A stretch of DNA of 64,000 nt from a virus. Location: positions 22,904 through 86,903 of the IMG/VR virus record IMGVR_UViG_3300033144_003744; one strand, given 5' to 3'. The notes below the pieces were generated by a model. It was not told the DNA's origin. It searched no databases and worked only from the letters and a program-made list of their open reading frames with translations. The stretch's first letter is position 1. Every line of letters starts with the position of its first letter. Below are positions 28,766 through 38,624 of the stretch, piece by piece. Position numbers and translations under genes: made by a program.

Positions 28766-29152
28766 ATGGATATAACTGATGAATATATAAAAATGTGTAG
28801 ACAGTTACCTGAAGAAATGTATAGTGATATTATTGATGGTGATTTTTATTATTGGAAATTATCATCTGAAAAACATGGTAGAATCTGCATATCATATACA
28901 CAGGATTATGAAGATTACACCGTACATCATCCAGAACAGTGGGATTTTTTAAATGGTCGTGAAATTATTAAATTATATCGTCAAGATCAATTACAAGATA
29001 TGATTAAAATGGATTTATCATGTATGTGTTGGGAATTTAATAATTCTATAAATACTGAACGATTTCATTCATATGAACAATTATGGCTTGTATTTATAAT
29101 GCAAAAAATATATAAAAAACGATGGAATGGTTCTGAATGGATAATGAGGTAA
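28766..29152 (+). CDS. hypothetical viral protein
   Basis: YIKMC...RQDQLQDM...EQLWL..M...W.G..W. Confidence 0.6.
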   Translation: MDITDEYIKMCRQLPEEMYSDIIDGDFYYWKLSSEKHGRICISYTQDYEDYTVHHPEQWDFLNGREIIKLYRQDQLQDMIKMDLSCMCWEFNNSINTERFHSYEQLWLVFIMQKIYKKRWNGSEWIMR

Positions 29153-29157
29153 TATAA

Positions 29158-29544
29158 ATGAGAAAAATAATAACAAAAGAAATTGAAGTAATCACATGTG
29201 ACATTTGTAATAAAGAGTCAGACATCATTACAAAATGTAGAGTATGTGGAAAGGATATTTGTAATATGCATAGAATAGGAGATCAGTGTATAGAATGTTG
29301 GAAAGATAATTGTTCCTATGCCATTATTAAGTCTACCTTAACAGAAGAGTACGGTTATGATTCAAGGCCATTTACAACTATAAAAATAGAACATGAAAAT
29401 AAATCAAAATGGAATGATTTAATATCTAGGTTTGTAGGAAAGAGAATAAAAATTACTATTGAAGAATGTCCTAAACATGAAGCAATAGACGGTGACAATA
29501 CAAAGGAATGGTTAAAGAAATGTGCATCCCTTGGGATAAAATAA
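29158..29544 (+). CDS. Cys-rich (Zn-binding) protein
   Basis: CDIC, CRVC, C..H, CIEC. Confidence 0.6.
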   Translation: MRKIITKEIEVITCDICNKESDIITKCRVCGKDICNMHRIGDQCIECWKDNCSYAIIKSTLTEEYGYDSRPFTTIKIEHENKSKWNDLISRFVGKRIKITIEECPKHEAIDGDNTKEWLKKCASLGIK

Positions 29545-29788
29545 AATGAAACTACAAGACTTAATGAAACTCCATCCAGACGGACATGATTTTAGAATTT
29601 GTTCAAGAGAAACAAAAAGATATGGTGGTATTACATATTTTAAATCAATATGGGTTGAATGGATAGAAGCAGGAAAACCAGAATGGAGAGAAATAAGTGA
29701 GTTGAATATATCTTATTTGGATAATGAATATAGTTTTGAATTATTTGATTAGGGATAAACTTAAATATTAATGGGTTGTAATATAAGT

Positions 29789-30169
29789 ATGAAGGAAATA
29801 AAATATCAAGCATGGGATAAAGTTACAAAAACAATGTGGGGTAATATAGACTCATTAGTTTTTGAGGATGGAAATTTAATTGAAGTTATTTTTTATAATA
29901 AAGGAGAAGATACTGAATGGGAACCGATTAATAATGTCTGTTTAAGATCATATATGAATAGAAAAGATAAGGACAATAGAGAAATATATGAAAATGATAT
30001 AATTGAATGTGATTATGACGAAATGTTTGATCCACGTAGAATAAATTATCCGAAAAATAAAAGATATAGATTTGTTGTAGATTGTCCCGATGATTTAAAT
30101 AATCTTAAGGATATTGAAATAGTTGGTAATATTTTTCAAAGCCCATTAAGTTTAATAAACGAGGTATAA
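29789..30169 (+). CDS. YopX-family protein
   Basis: MKEIKYQAWD...KDKDNREIYENDII...EIVGNIF. Confidence 0.85.
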   Translation: MKEIKYQAWDKVTKTMWGNIDSLVFEDGNLIEVIFYNKGEDTEWEPINNVCLRSYMNRKDKDNREIYENDIIECDYDEMFDPRRINYPKNKRYRFVVDCPDDLNNLKDIEIVGNIFQSPLSLINEV

Positions 30170-30171
30170 TT

Positions 30172-31413
30172 ATGAATTTATTAAAAAAATTACCAGACTC
30201 ATATATAGTAGGTGGAGCAGTAAGAGATACTATCATGGGTAGAAATCCAAAAGATATTGATATAGTAACTTCAATGCTTCCAGAGGATGTATTAAAGAAT
30301 TTTGACTCTCATCCATTGGGTCAGAAATTTGGTACAGTTGTAGTAAGAGACGATATCGGTGAAGTAGAAGTCACTACAATGCGTAAAGATTTGACAGGTG
30401 GTAGACATCCAGTAGTTGAGTTTACTGATAAAATTAGAGAAGATTTATCCAGAAGAGATTTTAGAATGAATGCAATGGCTATGAATGAATATGGTAGAAT
30501 TATTGATCCATTTAAGGGTCAGCAGGATATTATAAACAAACGTATTTCTAGTGTTGAAGATCCTTTAATCACTGTACACCCAATACACGGGGATCCACTG
30601 AGAGTACTTAGAGCAATTAGATTTTCTATTATTTTAGATTTTGATATTGAACAAGAATTACAAGTAGCAATAATGGATTCCGATCTTTCTACTTTATCTG
30701 GAGAAAGAATATACTCTGAACTCAAGCAGATGTTTAGTGAGCCTGAGGAAGCCATGAGAGCTTTATATTTCTACAATGTATTGTCCAAGGTACTACCGGA
30801 GGTAGATGATTTATCATGGTGTGTACAGAGTGTTCAGTGGCACCCTGAGGGAGATGCATTAGAGCACACCATTCTTGTAATGGAAAGAGTAAAGGAACAT
30901 GGTCCATTAGCTGTAATGGCCGCTATGTTACATGATATAGGTAAACCTGTAACCAGGGAAGGAATGACCTATCATGGCCATGCAAAAGCTGGAGTAGAAA
31001 TTGCAGAATCTATTATGAGAAGATTGGGTAGACCTAAAATTGAAGTTGAAGCTGTTAAATTTGTAGTAGAAAATCATATGAAAATTAAAGAAATAGAAAA
31101 TATGAAAGTATCTAAATGTAGAAAATTATATGATAGTCCACATTTTGATTTGCTTATGTTGATTGCCAGGGCTGATAATGCAGATAAACATAATGATTCT
31201 ATGTTTGAATTTATTGAACAAGATAATTTAGTTAAAGAAATTAATATTGAACCTTTGCTTGATGGATATGATCTAATAGATTTAGGTCTAAATGGTTCTG
31301 ATATTGGTAATGTTCAAAAAATATTAAAAGAATTACAATTAGAAAAAATTATTAGAACTAAAACTGAAGCTATTAGTTATGTAAATATATTTAAATATTT
31401 AGGTGGTGAATAA
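30172..31413 (+). CDS. cca: class II CCA-adding/poly(A) polymerase-family nucleotidyltransferase with HD domain
   Basis: VGGAVRD..DID, RRDF, DPLRVLRAIRF, HPEGDA..HT, LHDIGKP, HA..G, HM. Confidence 0.9.
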   Translation: MNLLKKLPDSYIVGGAVRDTIMGRNPKDIDIVTSMLPEDVLKNFDSHPLGQKFGTVVVRDDIGEVEVTTMRKDLTGGRHPVVEFTDKIREDLSRRDFRMNAMAMNEYGRIIDPFKGQQDIINKRISSVEDPLITVHPIHGDPLRVLRAIRFSIILDFDIEQELQVAIMDSDLSTLSGERIYSELKQMFSEPEEAMRALYFYNVLSKVLPEVDDLSWCVQSVQWHPEGDALEHTILVMERVKEHGPLAVMAAMLHDIGKPVTREGMTYHGHAKAGVEIAESIMRRLGRPKIEVEAVKFVVENHMKIKEIENMKVSKCRKLYDSPHFDLLMLIARADNADKHNDSMFEFIEQDNLVKEINIEPLLDGYDLIDLGLNGSDIGNVQKILKELQLEKIIRTKTEAISYVNIFKYLGGE

Positions 31414-31539
31414 ATGGAATGTCCTTGTTGTGGAGAAACGTTAATGTGTCCGTTTTGTGATATATCATTATGTGATGATGGTGAATGTCCAGAATGTGAT
31501 TATGCTAATGATACATGGAAATACAGAAATGCTGATTAA
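31414..31539 (+). CDS. Cys-rich microprotein
   Basis: MECPCCGETLMCPFCDISLCDDGECPECDY; GGTGA RBS. Confidence 0.55.
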   Translation: MECPCCGETLMCPFCDISLCDDGECPECDYANDTWKYRNAD

Positions 31540-31677
31540 GTAACTCATTCTCTTTTTTAGGAAACGCTTATATACTTAACCTAACAATATATATTACTTA
31601 GAGGATAAATAAAACTTTATCTCACCTAAATAGCGATTGCTATTTAGTTACTATTTTATAATAATTAGAGTGATACT

Positions 31678-32190
31678 ATGGCTAAAAAATTAAACTTAGA
31701 AATATGTAATTGTATTATACAAGAATCAGAAAATAGAGAATTGTATGAAATTGCTTATTTACTTGGTAAAATGACAATTGATGATGTATTACAAGCTTTA
31801 GTAGAAGAAGGAATAAATACACATAGTATAATAATAAAACAGCATATGGCTCGTCATATTTCATTAGATACTCAAGAAAAAATTGTAGATTATCTTCCAA
31901 GTGTCGCAAGTACTTGTTCCCAAATGCTTTCACGTGTAAAAGCAAGGGCTATTATCTTTCTTGATAAACCAACACTTGAAAAAGATGAAATTCGACTTTT
32001 AGGAACACTAATTGCTGAATCGGGGAAATTTGTTGATAAATTAGGCGTTTTGAATGGTGACCCAACAACTATATCTCCAATAAATATGCATGTTCCCTCT
32101 TCATTTGAAGAAGCAGCAATGGCTATCCTACCCGGACATCCCGATGTCTGGAAAGAAATACGAGACAAAATGCAAGAATTAGAAAAATAA
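31678..32190 (+). CDS. putative terminase small subunit
   Basis: HTH-like N-terminus with C..C and H...H, helical body; first gene of the late unit upstream of TerL. Confidence 0.5.
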   Translation: MAKKLNLEICNCIIQESENRELYEIAYLLGKMTIDDVLQALVEEGINTHSIIIKQHMARHISLDTQEKIVDYLPSVASTCSQMLSRVKARAIIFLDKPTLEKDEIRLLGTLIAESGKFVDKLGVLNGDPTTISPINMHVPSSFEEAAMAILPGHPDVWKEIRDKMQELEK

Positions 32191-32253
32191 TAAAAAATTA
32201 TCATTAGATATTAAGGGGTCTCTACCCCTTTAATATTTAGTAGAGGTGATAAT

Positions 32254-32949
32254 ATGATTGATGAAAACATTACGTTTAAAAAATTTGGTTATTATTCTAC
32301 AGATTTAACAAGATATTCTCATAGAAAGGTATGGAGAATATGCGAGGGCTGTAAATCTGGGAAGTGGATTTCATTTAATAATTTTAAAAATATATGTTCG
32401 GATTGTTCAAGAAAATTACATACAATTTCCAAAGAAAATAGAAAAAAATTAATTGAAGCAAGAACTCATAAACCACTTTCAAATGAACATAAATTAAAGA
32501 TAAGTGAAGGTAATAAAGGTAAACATCCTTCAAAAGAAACTATTAAACAACAGAGTTTGTCTAAATTAGGTTCAAAAAATCCAATGTTTGGGAAATGTGG
32601 TAATAAAAATCTAATGTTTGGAAGAATTGGTGAAAATCATCCCACATGGAAAGGTGGGATACAGAAAGCTAGAAGGAAAGTTAAAGCAAAAAGAAAGGAA
32701 TATCTTGATCCGAATCCAATCGAATTAAATAAAGGTTTCAAGGATTCTCACGGCCACCATATAAATTCTAAATATATAATTAACATTCCCTCTGAATTAC
32801 ATAGATCTATATCTCATCGTCAAACAGATGGTAGGGGTATGAATAAAATTAATAAAGTTGTATTCAAATATTTATATTATAATAAAGAAAATATAATATT
32901 AGATGAAGAGGCTATTTATTTTATAAATCTTGAATGTTATAATAAATAA
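32254..32949 (+). CDS. NUMOD3 plus His-Me finger homing endonuclease
   Basis: LSNEHKLKIS, NPMFGK, GHHIN..INIPSELHRS. Confidence 0.85.
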   Translation: MIDENITFKKFGYYSTDLTRYSHRKVWRICEGCKSGKWISFNNFKNICSDCSRKLHTISKENRKKLIEARTHKPLSNEHKLKISEGNKGKHPSKETIKQQSLSKLGSKNPMFGKCGNKNLMFGRIGENHPTWKGGIQKARRKVKAKRKEYLDPNPIELNKGFKDSHGHHINSKYIINIPSELHRSISHRQTDGRGMNKINKVVFKYLYYNKENIILDEEAIYFINLECYNK

Positions 32950-33064
32950 CCATATATACCAATAACACATAATATGAATGGTGATTTAAAATGAATGGTG
33001 AAGAAGGAACAGCATAAAACATATATTTATATAGTATTGGCACATAATAGACATTAGTGATTAT

Positions 33065-33502
33065 ATGAGAATATTAAACTACGAAGTAAAGTTCAGTGTT
33101 GAAAAAAGACATTCGTTCTGGGATCTTTTTAGTAGCCCTGATCTTGGTTATATTTTACCTGATTGTGAACCAATTATTGGTAAAGAAATAAAACCATGGA
33201 AATTAGAAATAAGTCCAGAAAAACGCCTACATGCAATGCATTCTGATGTTTTAGTTTATGCTTTCAGAGATATAGTACACCAAATGCTAATGTATCCTAA
33301 TGAAGCGGGATCAATATTTCTTGGTATTGTAGCTTTCACCGAAGCATTCAAAAATAACATGATAACAAAAGGTGCAAATATAGAATCAATTGTAGAATAT
33401 GATGAAGCTGTAGATGCACATATTGAAATAACTTTAAATAATATAAAAAGAAACAATCCAGAGATATATGAAAGTGTACTGGAATGTTTAGAAGATGATT
33501 AA
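33065..33502 (+). CDS. hypothetical protein
   Basis: 145 aa ORF with its own TATA box at about 33026. Confidence 0.6.
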   Translation: MRILNYEVKFSVEKRHSFWDLFSSPDLGYILPDCEPIIGKEIKPWKLEISPEKRLHAMHSDVLVYAFRDIVHQMLMYPNEAGSIFLGIVAFTEAFKNNMITKGANIESIVEYDEAVDAHIEITLNNIKRNNPEIYESVLECLEDD

Positions 33503-33615
33503 ATGATAATAGAAATCGAGTGCAATGATTCACACTCCAAAGATATAGCCATTTTGAACGAAGATGGCTCATATTTTTTAAAAGAAAAATTTTTAGTTTA
33601 TAATTTTAATGCAGG

Positions 33616-33644
33616 CGACTATCGTAGATAAGTCGTGTTTTTTT
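33616..33644 (+). terminator. hairpin plus T-tract
   Basis: CGACT...AGTCG then TGTTTTTTT. Confidence 0.5.
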
Positions 33645-33705
33645 ATTCACCAAGTTGGGATGAGATTTGATCCTCATCCTTTCTTGTGATCAAAGGTGAT
33701 AAAAT

Positions 33706-34467
33706 ATGATTAACGAAGTAAAGACATTTGAGAAGTTTGGATATTATTCTACAGATTGGGCACCAAAGAGTCATAAAAAAATATGTGTAGTTTGTGATAA
33801 TTGTGGTGGAGAAAGAGTATTAGAAAAAGCTGATTATTGTGATTTATGTAGATCTTGTAAACATCTTGGACATGTTGTTACAAAGGAAACAAGACAGAAA
33901 CTTAGAGATGCTAATATTGGTAAACACCATACCGAAGAAAGTAAACTGAAAATGAGTAAATCTCTTGAAGGTAGAAAGTTATCTGAAGAACATAAACGAA
34001 AAATTGGTAATGGTCATAGAGGAAAGAAAATTTCTGAAGAACAAAAAAGAAACCATAGTAAGATGATGACTGGTAGAAAAGCATCTAAAGAAACACGTAA
34101 GAAATTAAGTAAAATTCATTCTGGTAAAAATAATCATATGTATGGTAAAACTGGTGAAAAATCTCCACATTGGCTTGGGGGAGAAAGAGTTTCTAGTAGA
34201 AAATATAGAACTAAAAGAAGAAAGATGCTTGATCCAAATCCTATTGATTTAAATAAAGATTTTAATAATTCACATGGGCATCACGTTGATGCCAAATATG
34301 TAATACATATTCCAGCTAAATTACACAGATCTGTTAGACACAGACAGACTGATGGAGATGGAATGAATAAAATTAATAAACTTGCTTTTAAATATTTATT
34401 GAATAATAAAGAAAGCATGATAGTATCTGATGAAACTGCCCTTTATATAAATTTAATGGTTTTGTGA
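33706..34467 (+). CDS. NUMOD3 plus His-Me finger homing endonuclease
   Basis: repeated HTEESKLKMS/SEEHKRKI motifs; GHHVD..IHIPAKLHRS; paralog of 32254. Confidence 0.85.
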   Translation: MINEVKTFEKFGYYSTDWAPKSHKKICVVCDNCGGERVLEKADYCDLCRSCKHLGHVVTKETRQKLRDANIGKHHTEESKLKMSKSLEGRKLSEEHKRKIGNGHRGKKISEEQKRNHSKMMTGRKASKETRKKLSKIHSGKNNHMYGKTGEKSPHWLGGERVSSRKYRTKRRKMLDPNPIDLNKDFNNSHGHHVDAKYVIHIPAKLHRSVRHRQTDGDGMNKINKLAFKYLLNNKESMIVSDETALYINLMVL

Positions 34468-35963
34468 ATATGAGTTTTGTTGATGAAATGAATTTTAAAA
34501 CAGCAGAAAACGATGTTTATTTTTTTACTACTGAAATTTTAGGGTTAGAATTAAAACAGTTCCATAAACAATGGTTATATAATCTTTTAAATCATAAAAG
34601 AACTCTTAATATTTGTTCTCGTGATCATGGTAAAAGTTTTATAAGTTCTATGGCTTTTCCTCTTTGGACAACTTTATTTTCACCAGAACAAATCCTCACA
34701 TCACAAGTTTCTAATTGCGATACTCTGATTATAAGTAATTCATTAGATCAGAGCCAAATGCTTATAGAAAGAATTAAAACAGTTATTGAAAATACAGAGA
34801 TTCTTAATAGTCTTAATTGGTCTAGGGGCAATAAAAATTTAATTGAATTAAATGAAAAGGATAATCATAATAAAATAGAATCTAGGTCTTTTGGGTCTTC
34901 TGTACGTGGTATGCACCCATTAATTTGTGTTATAGATGATCCTTTGAGTGAAAACTCATCCATGACGGCAGATGCTATTGAGGAATTTTTCTTTTCATCT
35001 ATTTCTAATCTTTGCCATGCCGAAGCAATTCTCAGTGTAATTGGAACAAGATTTTCAGCTACTGATTTATATAGTAAATTAATGGAACCAGAACGGGCTT
35101 ATAAACTTGCAGTATATCCAGCATTAAATTCTGCTAACGAGCCACTCTGGCCGGAAAGATACAGTTATGAAAATTTAATGAAGAAAAGGGCTGAAATTGG
35201 TTCTTATGCCTTCGCTCGTGAATTTATGTGCGAGCCAATGTCTGATGATGACTCTATATTTCCAAGAGATTTATTAAGGTCATGTTTAAGAGAAGATTAT
35301 ATTTTTGAAACGGAATCTGATAATGAATCAAGATATTTAATTTCAGTCGATTTTAGTATAGGGACTACCTCAAGTTCTGATAATAGTGTAATTACAACTC
35401 TAAAAGACGATCGTAACGGTAATATTTCTATTTGTGATATATGGAAACAATCTGGACAAACGTATGATGTTCAATTAGATGCGATCAGAGAAAGATATAA
35501 ATTGTTTCAACCAATTCAAATACACGTCGAAAACAATATATTTCAGGCGATTTTTGAACAAATTTTAAAAAAAGAAAGATTACCAGTGGTTGGAATCCCC
35601 ACTACTAGGCAAAGTAAAGAAAATAATACATTTTTATTGAGATCATTAATAGAAGATAAAAAAATTATATTTCCTTATGGTGATGTAAAATCTCGTAAAA
35701 TGATAGATGATTTAATGATAGAACTTGGGGCATTTGGTTATCGTAATGATAAATTACAGGGACTTGGAAAAAGTGACGATATGGTTCTATCCCTTACAAT
35801 TGGCACTAAAGGAATAACTAATTTCTCTGGTGGTTCAGTATCTGGTAAAGCTGGTGGTTTTTCAAAGGCAGACAATATTATGGATATAAATTTTGATATG
35901 CAGAATAATAAATTTAATGCTCCATGGAGTAGTGAAATTATGCAGGGACTTGGTATAAAATGA
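34464..35963 (+). CDS. terL: terminase large subunit
   Basis: Walker A SRDHGKS, IDDP, GTR, LWPER, nuclease VDFS and DDMVLSL. Confidence 0.93.
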   Translation: MNMSFVDEMNFKTAENDVYFFTTEILGLELKQFHKQWLYNLLNHKRTLNICSRDHGKSFISSMAFPLWTTLFSPEQILTSQVSNCDTLIISNSLDQSQMLIERIKTVIENTEILNSLNWSRGNKNLIELNEKDNHNKIESRSFGSSVRGMHPLICVIDDPLSENSSMTADAIEEFFFSSISNLCHAEAILSVIGTRFSATDLYSKLMEPERAYKLAVYPALNSANEPLWPERYSYENLMKKRAEIGSYAFAREFMCEPMSDDDSIFPRDLLRSCLREDYIFETESDNESRYLISVDFSIGTTSSSDNSVITTLKDDRNGNISICDIWKQSGQTYDVQLDAIRERYKLFQPIQIHVENNIFQAIFEQILKKERLPVVGIPTTRQSKENNTFLLRSLIEDKKIIFPYGDVKSRKMIDDLMIELGAFGYRNDKLQGLGKSDDMVLSLTIGTKGITNFSGGSVSGKAGGFSKADNIMDINFDMQNNKFNAPWSSEIMQGLGIK

Positions 35964-36202
35964 CATTTAGAGAAGATATAAAAGAAGCAATGAAAGGATC
36001 AAAATGTAAAGACTCTACATCTGTAGAAGCTAAAAGTGGGGGGTCAGGAGCTGAATGTGGACCATCAATGCATCGACATCCTGACGTTTATCAAAATAAA
36101 TGTCATTCAATATACCAAAAACATACTAGAAAACAAGTTGGTCCGAATAAATCTCCAAATAGTCAAATTAAGAAAACTGTCAAAAGGTTAAAAGTAGATT
36201 AG
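35960..36202 (+). CDS. small basic protein
   Basis: 80 aa between TerL and portal. Confidence 0.55.
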   Translation: MTFREDIKEAMKGSKCKDSTSVEAKSGGSGAECGPSMHRHPDVYQNKCHSIYQKHTRKQVGPNKSPNSQIKKTVKRLKVD

Positions 36203-36209
36203 TGATATT

Positions 36210-38438
36210 ATGTTATGCGCAAAATGTGGAACAGAAACGGTGAAAAGTTTTGACATTAAGTCTGGACAACAAATAGCCGTTGAAACGTGTCCCAAATGTA
36301 ATACAAGTAGTGGTAGTACTGTTGTCGTTCCTAATGTTTCAACTATTAGTGAACCAAGTATGACTGCTGATGCCCAGATGACCCGTGTCGTGGGTTCTAC
36401 AGCGCACGCTCCAAATCCAGTTCATATTAAAGCAGAAGCTCCAAAGAGTGGTCTATTAAATAAAGCTTCTCAATTTACTGCTAGATTGTTGAATAGAGGA
36501 GATTCTAGAAAATACGATCAAAAAACTGCTGACAGTTGGATGATGCAGCAGAACATTGTACCTAAGCACGCAACTCCTCCAGGTTCAGGATTAGGTTACA
36601 AGGTAAGTCCATATACGTCTGAGTGGATAAAGCTCTGGGGTATCACTCCTATAGCCGATCTATCTAAGTACAGACTTATGTATAGGACTGTTCCTAAAGT
36701 TAAAAGAGCAATTGATAAAACTGTATCATCTGCAATTATTAAAGGATTTAATCGATTAGAGATAAATCCATTACAAACTTGGTATCCAGAAGATGAGTAC
36801 TCTTCACTAGAAGATTATCATTTTGCAATAACGAGTTATCTCCAATCATGGATAGATGGTCAAGATGATTTTTATCTTAACCTGAATATGATTGGAAAGG
36901 ATATGCTTATCTATGGTAATGCATATGTTGAACTAGTATATGAAGATCTTGAAGTAGAAGAAAAACAGAGTAACGATTTTACTAATTACGAAGTTCATAA
37001 AGAAGATTATAGTTGGGCTGGCAAAGGACCATTAGATGGGCAGGATGCCCCAATGGTTACGATGAAAAATCCTGGTGGTAAATATCTTGAAGTTGCACCA
37101 AAGGGAGATTTAATATGGCTTAAACCATTAGATCCATTGTATATGAGAGTAAGAGCAGATTCATATGGTAACGTTTTTGGTTATCTACAATTTTTATCTG
37201 CACCCCCAGTATCATATACACCAGATAAAATGGCCCACTTTAGATATAATCCTTTGTCATGGCAATACGAAACTTTTAATGGTACATCAATGTTGATGTC
37301 TATTATTAGAACCCAGGAAATTATATGGCAAATAGAGAATGATCTGATTCTATTAGGTCATGCTACGGTAAAACCACCTATGCATTTTGCATGTGGTGAT
37401 AAAGATAATATTTGGCCAGAACCAGTATTTACACAGTTTATAGCTGATACTGCAAATAGAAGTGCAGGTGGAGATTTATATACTAGAGGAGATGTAAGAG
37501 GGACTCCATTACCAGCACCTGCAAGTAGTATTTCTCAAATGGTAAGATATTTAGATTATCACGATACTCAGAGAACGATAGCACTAGGTGTTCCACCACA
37601 GCTACTAGGACAGCCAGAGGGAAGCTCTAGAACTACAGCAGAGGTTAGCTTGGACGATTGGGTAAATATGCTCCAGAACATCCAGAGAGAGATTAGTAAT
37701 ACACTGGAAGATCAAATATTTAGACATATTATAAGAAATAAATTTGGTGAAAATGCTCCGATTCCTAAACCTATTTGGAACCCATTATTCGCAAAGGATG
37801 AAAATGACATTACTTCTAGAATAGTATCATTAGTAGCGAGTGGAATTGTAACAATTAATGAAGCTAGGCAATGGTTATTTGATATTGGAATTCATCTTAA
37901 TCCTGTTGAAGGCGGAGAAAAAATACAAGATTTAGAACGTTTCAAACAAGAAATGGAAAATAGTGAATTAATGACAGAGCAAAGTAAAATTTCACTTGAA
38001 CAAACAAAACAAGAATTAGAAAATCCACCAGAGGAAGTTTCTGCATCATATGAAATAAATCCACAAAAATGGATAAATCTTGAGCCAAGGGACACAAAAA
38101 AAGATATCACAAATCGTCCTAATGAGCCAAGTAGCAGAATATCTGGTAAATATAAAGTTCAAGAAGCATTAAAAATGGATGGTATATCTGTTTTTTCTGT
38201 AAATGATAAAAATATTAGATTAGATCTCGATGAAAAATGGGAATCTTCTGGTTCATATAAAGACAAGGATTATATTTCAGAAAATGAAATATGGGTATCC
38301 CAAGACTTATCCGACGTGAAATGGGCAGAATGTCTTAAAGAAGAATTAGCAAATTTAGATGCTCCAATGCAAGAATTTACACCCACAGACCAGTTAATGT
38401 TTCCAGAAATTTTAAAGAAAAAGAAAGTAGAAGAATAA
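36210..38438 (+). CDS. portal protein with N- and C-terminal extensions
   Basis: follows TerL; DMLIYGNAY, LDP, GTS, ALGVPPQLLG, GIVTINEAR. Confidence 0.88.
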   Translation: MLCAKCGTETVKSFDIKSGQQIAVETCPKCNTSSGSTVVVPNVSTISEPSMTADAQMTRVVGSTAHAPNPVHIKAEAPKSGLLNKASQFTARLLNRGDSRKYDQKTADSWMMQQNIVPKHATPPGSGLGYKVSPYTSEWIKLWGITPIADLSKYRLMYRTVPKVKRAIDKTVSSAIIKGFNRLEINPLQTWYPEDEYSSLEDYHFAITSYLQSWIDGQDDFYLNLNMIGKDMLIYGNAYVELVYEDLEVEEKQSNDFTNYEVHKEDYSWAGKGPLDGQDAPMVTMKNPGGKYLEVAPKGDLIWLKPLDPLYMRVRADSYGNVFGYLQFLSAPPVSYTPDKMAHFRYNPLSWQYETFNGTSMLMSIIRTQEIIWQIENDLILLGHATVKPPMHFACGDKDNIWPEPVFTQFIADTANRSAGGDLYTRGDVRGTPLPAPASSISQMVRYLDYHDTQRTIALGVPPQLLGQPEGSSRTTAEVSLDDWVNMLQNIQREISNTLEDQIFRHIIRNKFGENAPIPKPIWNPLFAKDENDITSRIVSLVASGIVTINEARQWLFDIGIHLNPVEGGEKIQDLERFKQEMENSELMTEQSKISLEQTKQELENPPEEVSASYEINPQKWINLEPRDTKKDITNRPNEPSSRISGKYKVQEALKMDGISVFSVNDKNIRLDLDEKWESSGSYKDKDYISENEIWVSQDLSDVKWAECLKEELANLDAPMQEFTPTDQLMFPEILKKKKVEE

Positions 38439-38447
38439 GGTGAAATA

Positions 38448-38624
38448 ATGTTAGATAAAATATCAAAATTTTTAGAAGAATCAACTGATAAATTACTTGC
38501 ACTTATTGTTATTATAGCAGCAATAGCATGTATATTTTGTCAACTTGATATACCAGAATGGTATAGTATGTTAGTTGGTATGGTAGGAATGTTTTTCTTT
38601 AAAAGGAATAATGGTGATAAATAA
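38448..38624 (+). CDS. small two-TM membrane protein (holin-like)
   Basis: manual translation: DKLLALIVIIAAIACIFCQLDIPEWYSMLVGMVGMFFFKR. Confidence 0.5.
   Translation: MLDKISKFLEESTDKLLALIVIIAAIACIFCQLDIPEWYSMLVGMVGMFFFKRNNGDK

Noticed and set aside
34464-38438. Inteins or introns in terminase and portal
   Set aside because: No intein C/S...HN boundaries, and reading frames are continuous; the nearby HEGs are free-standing.
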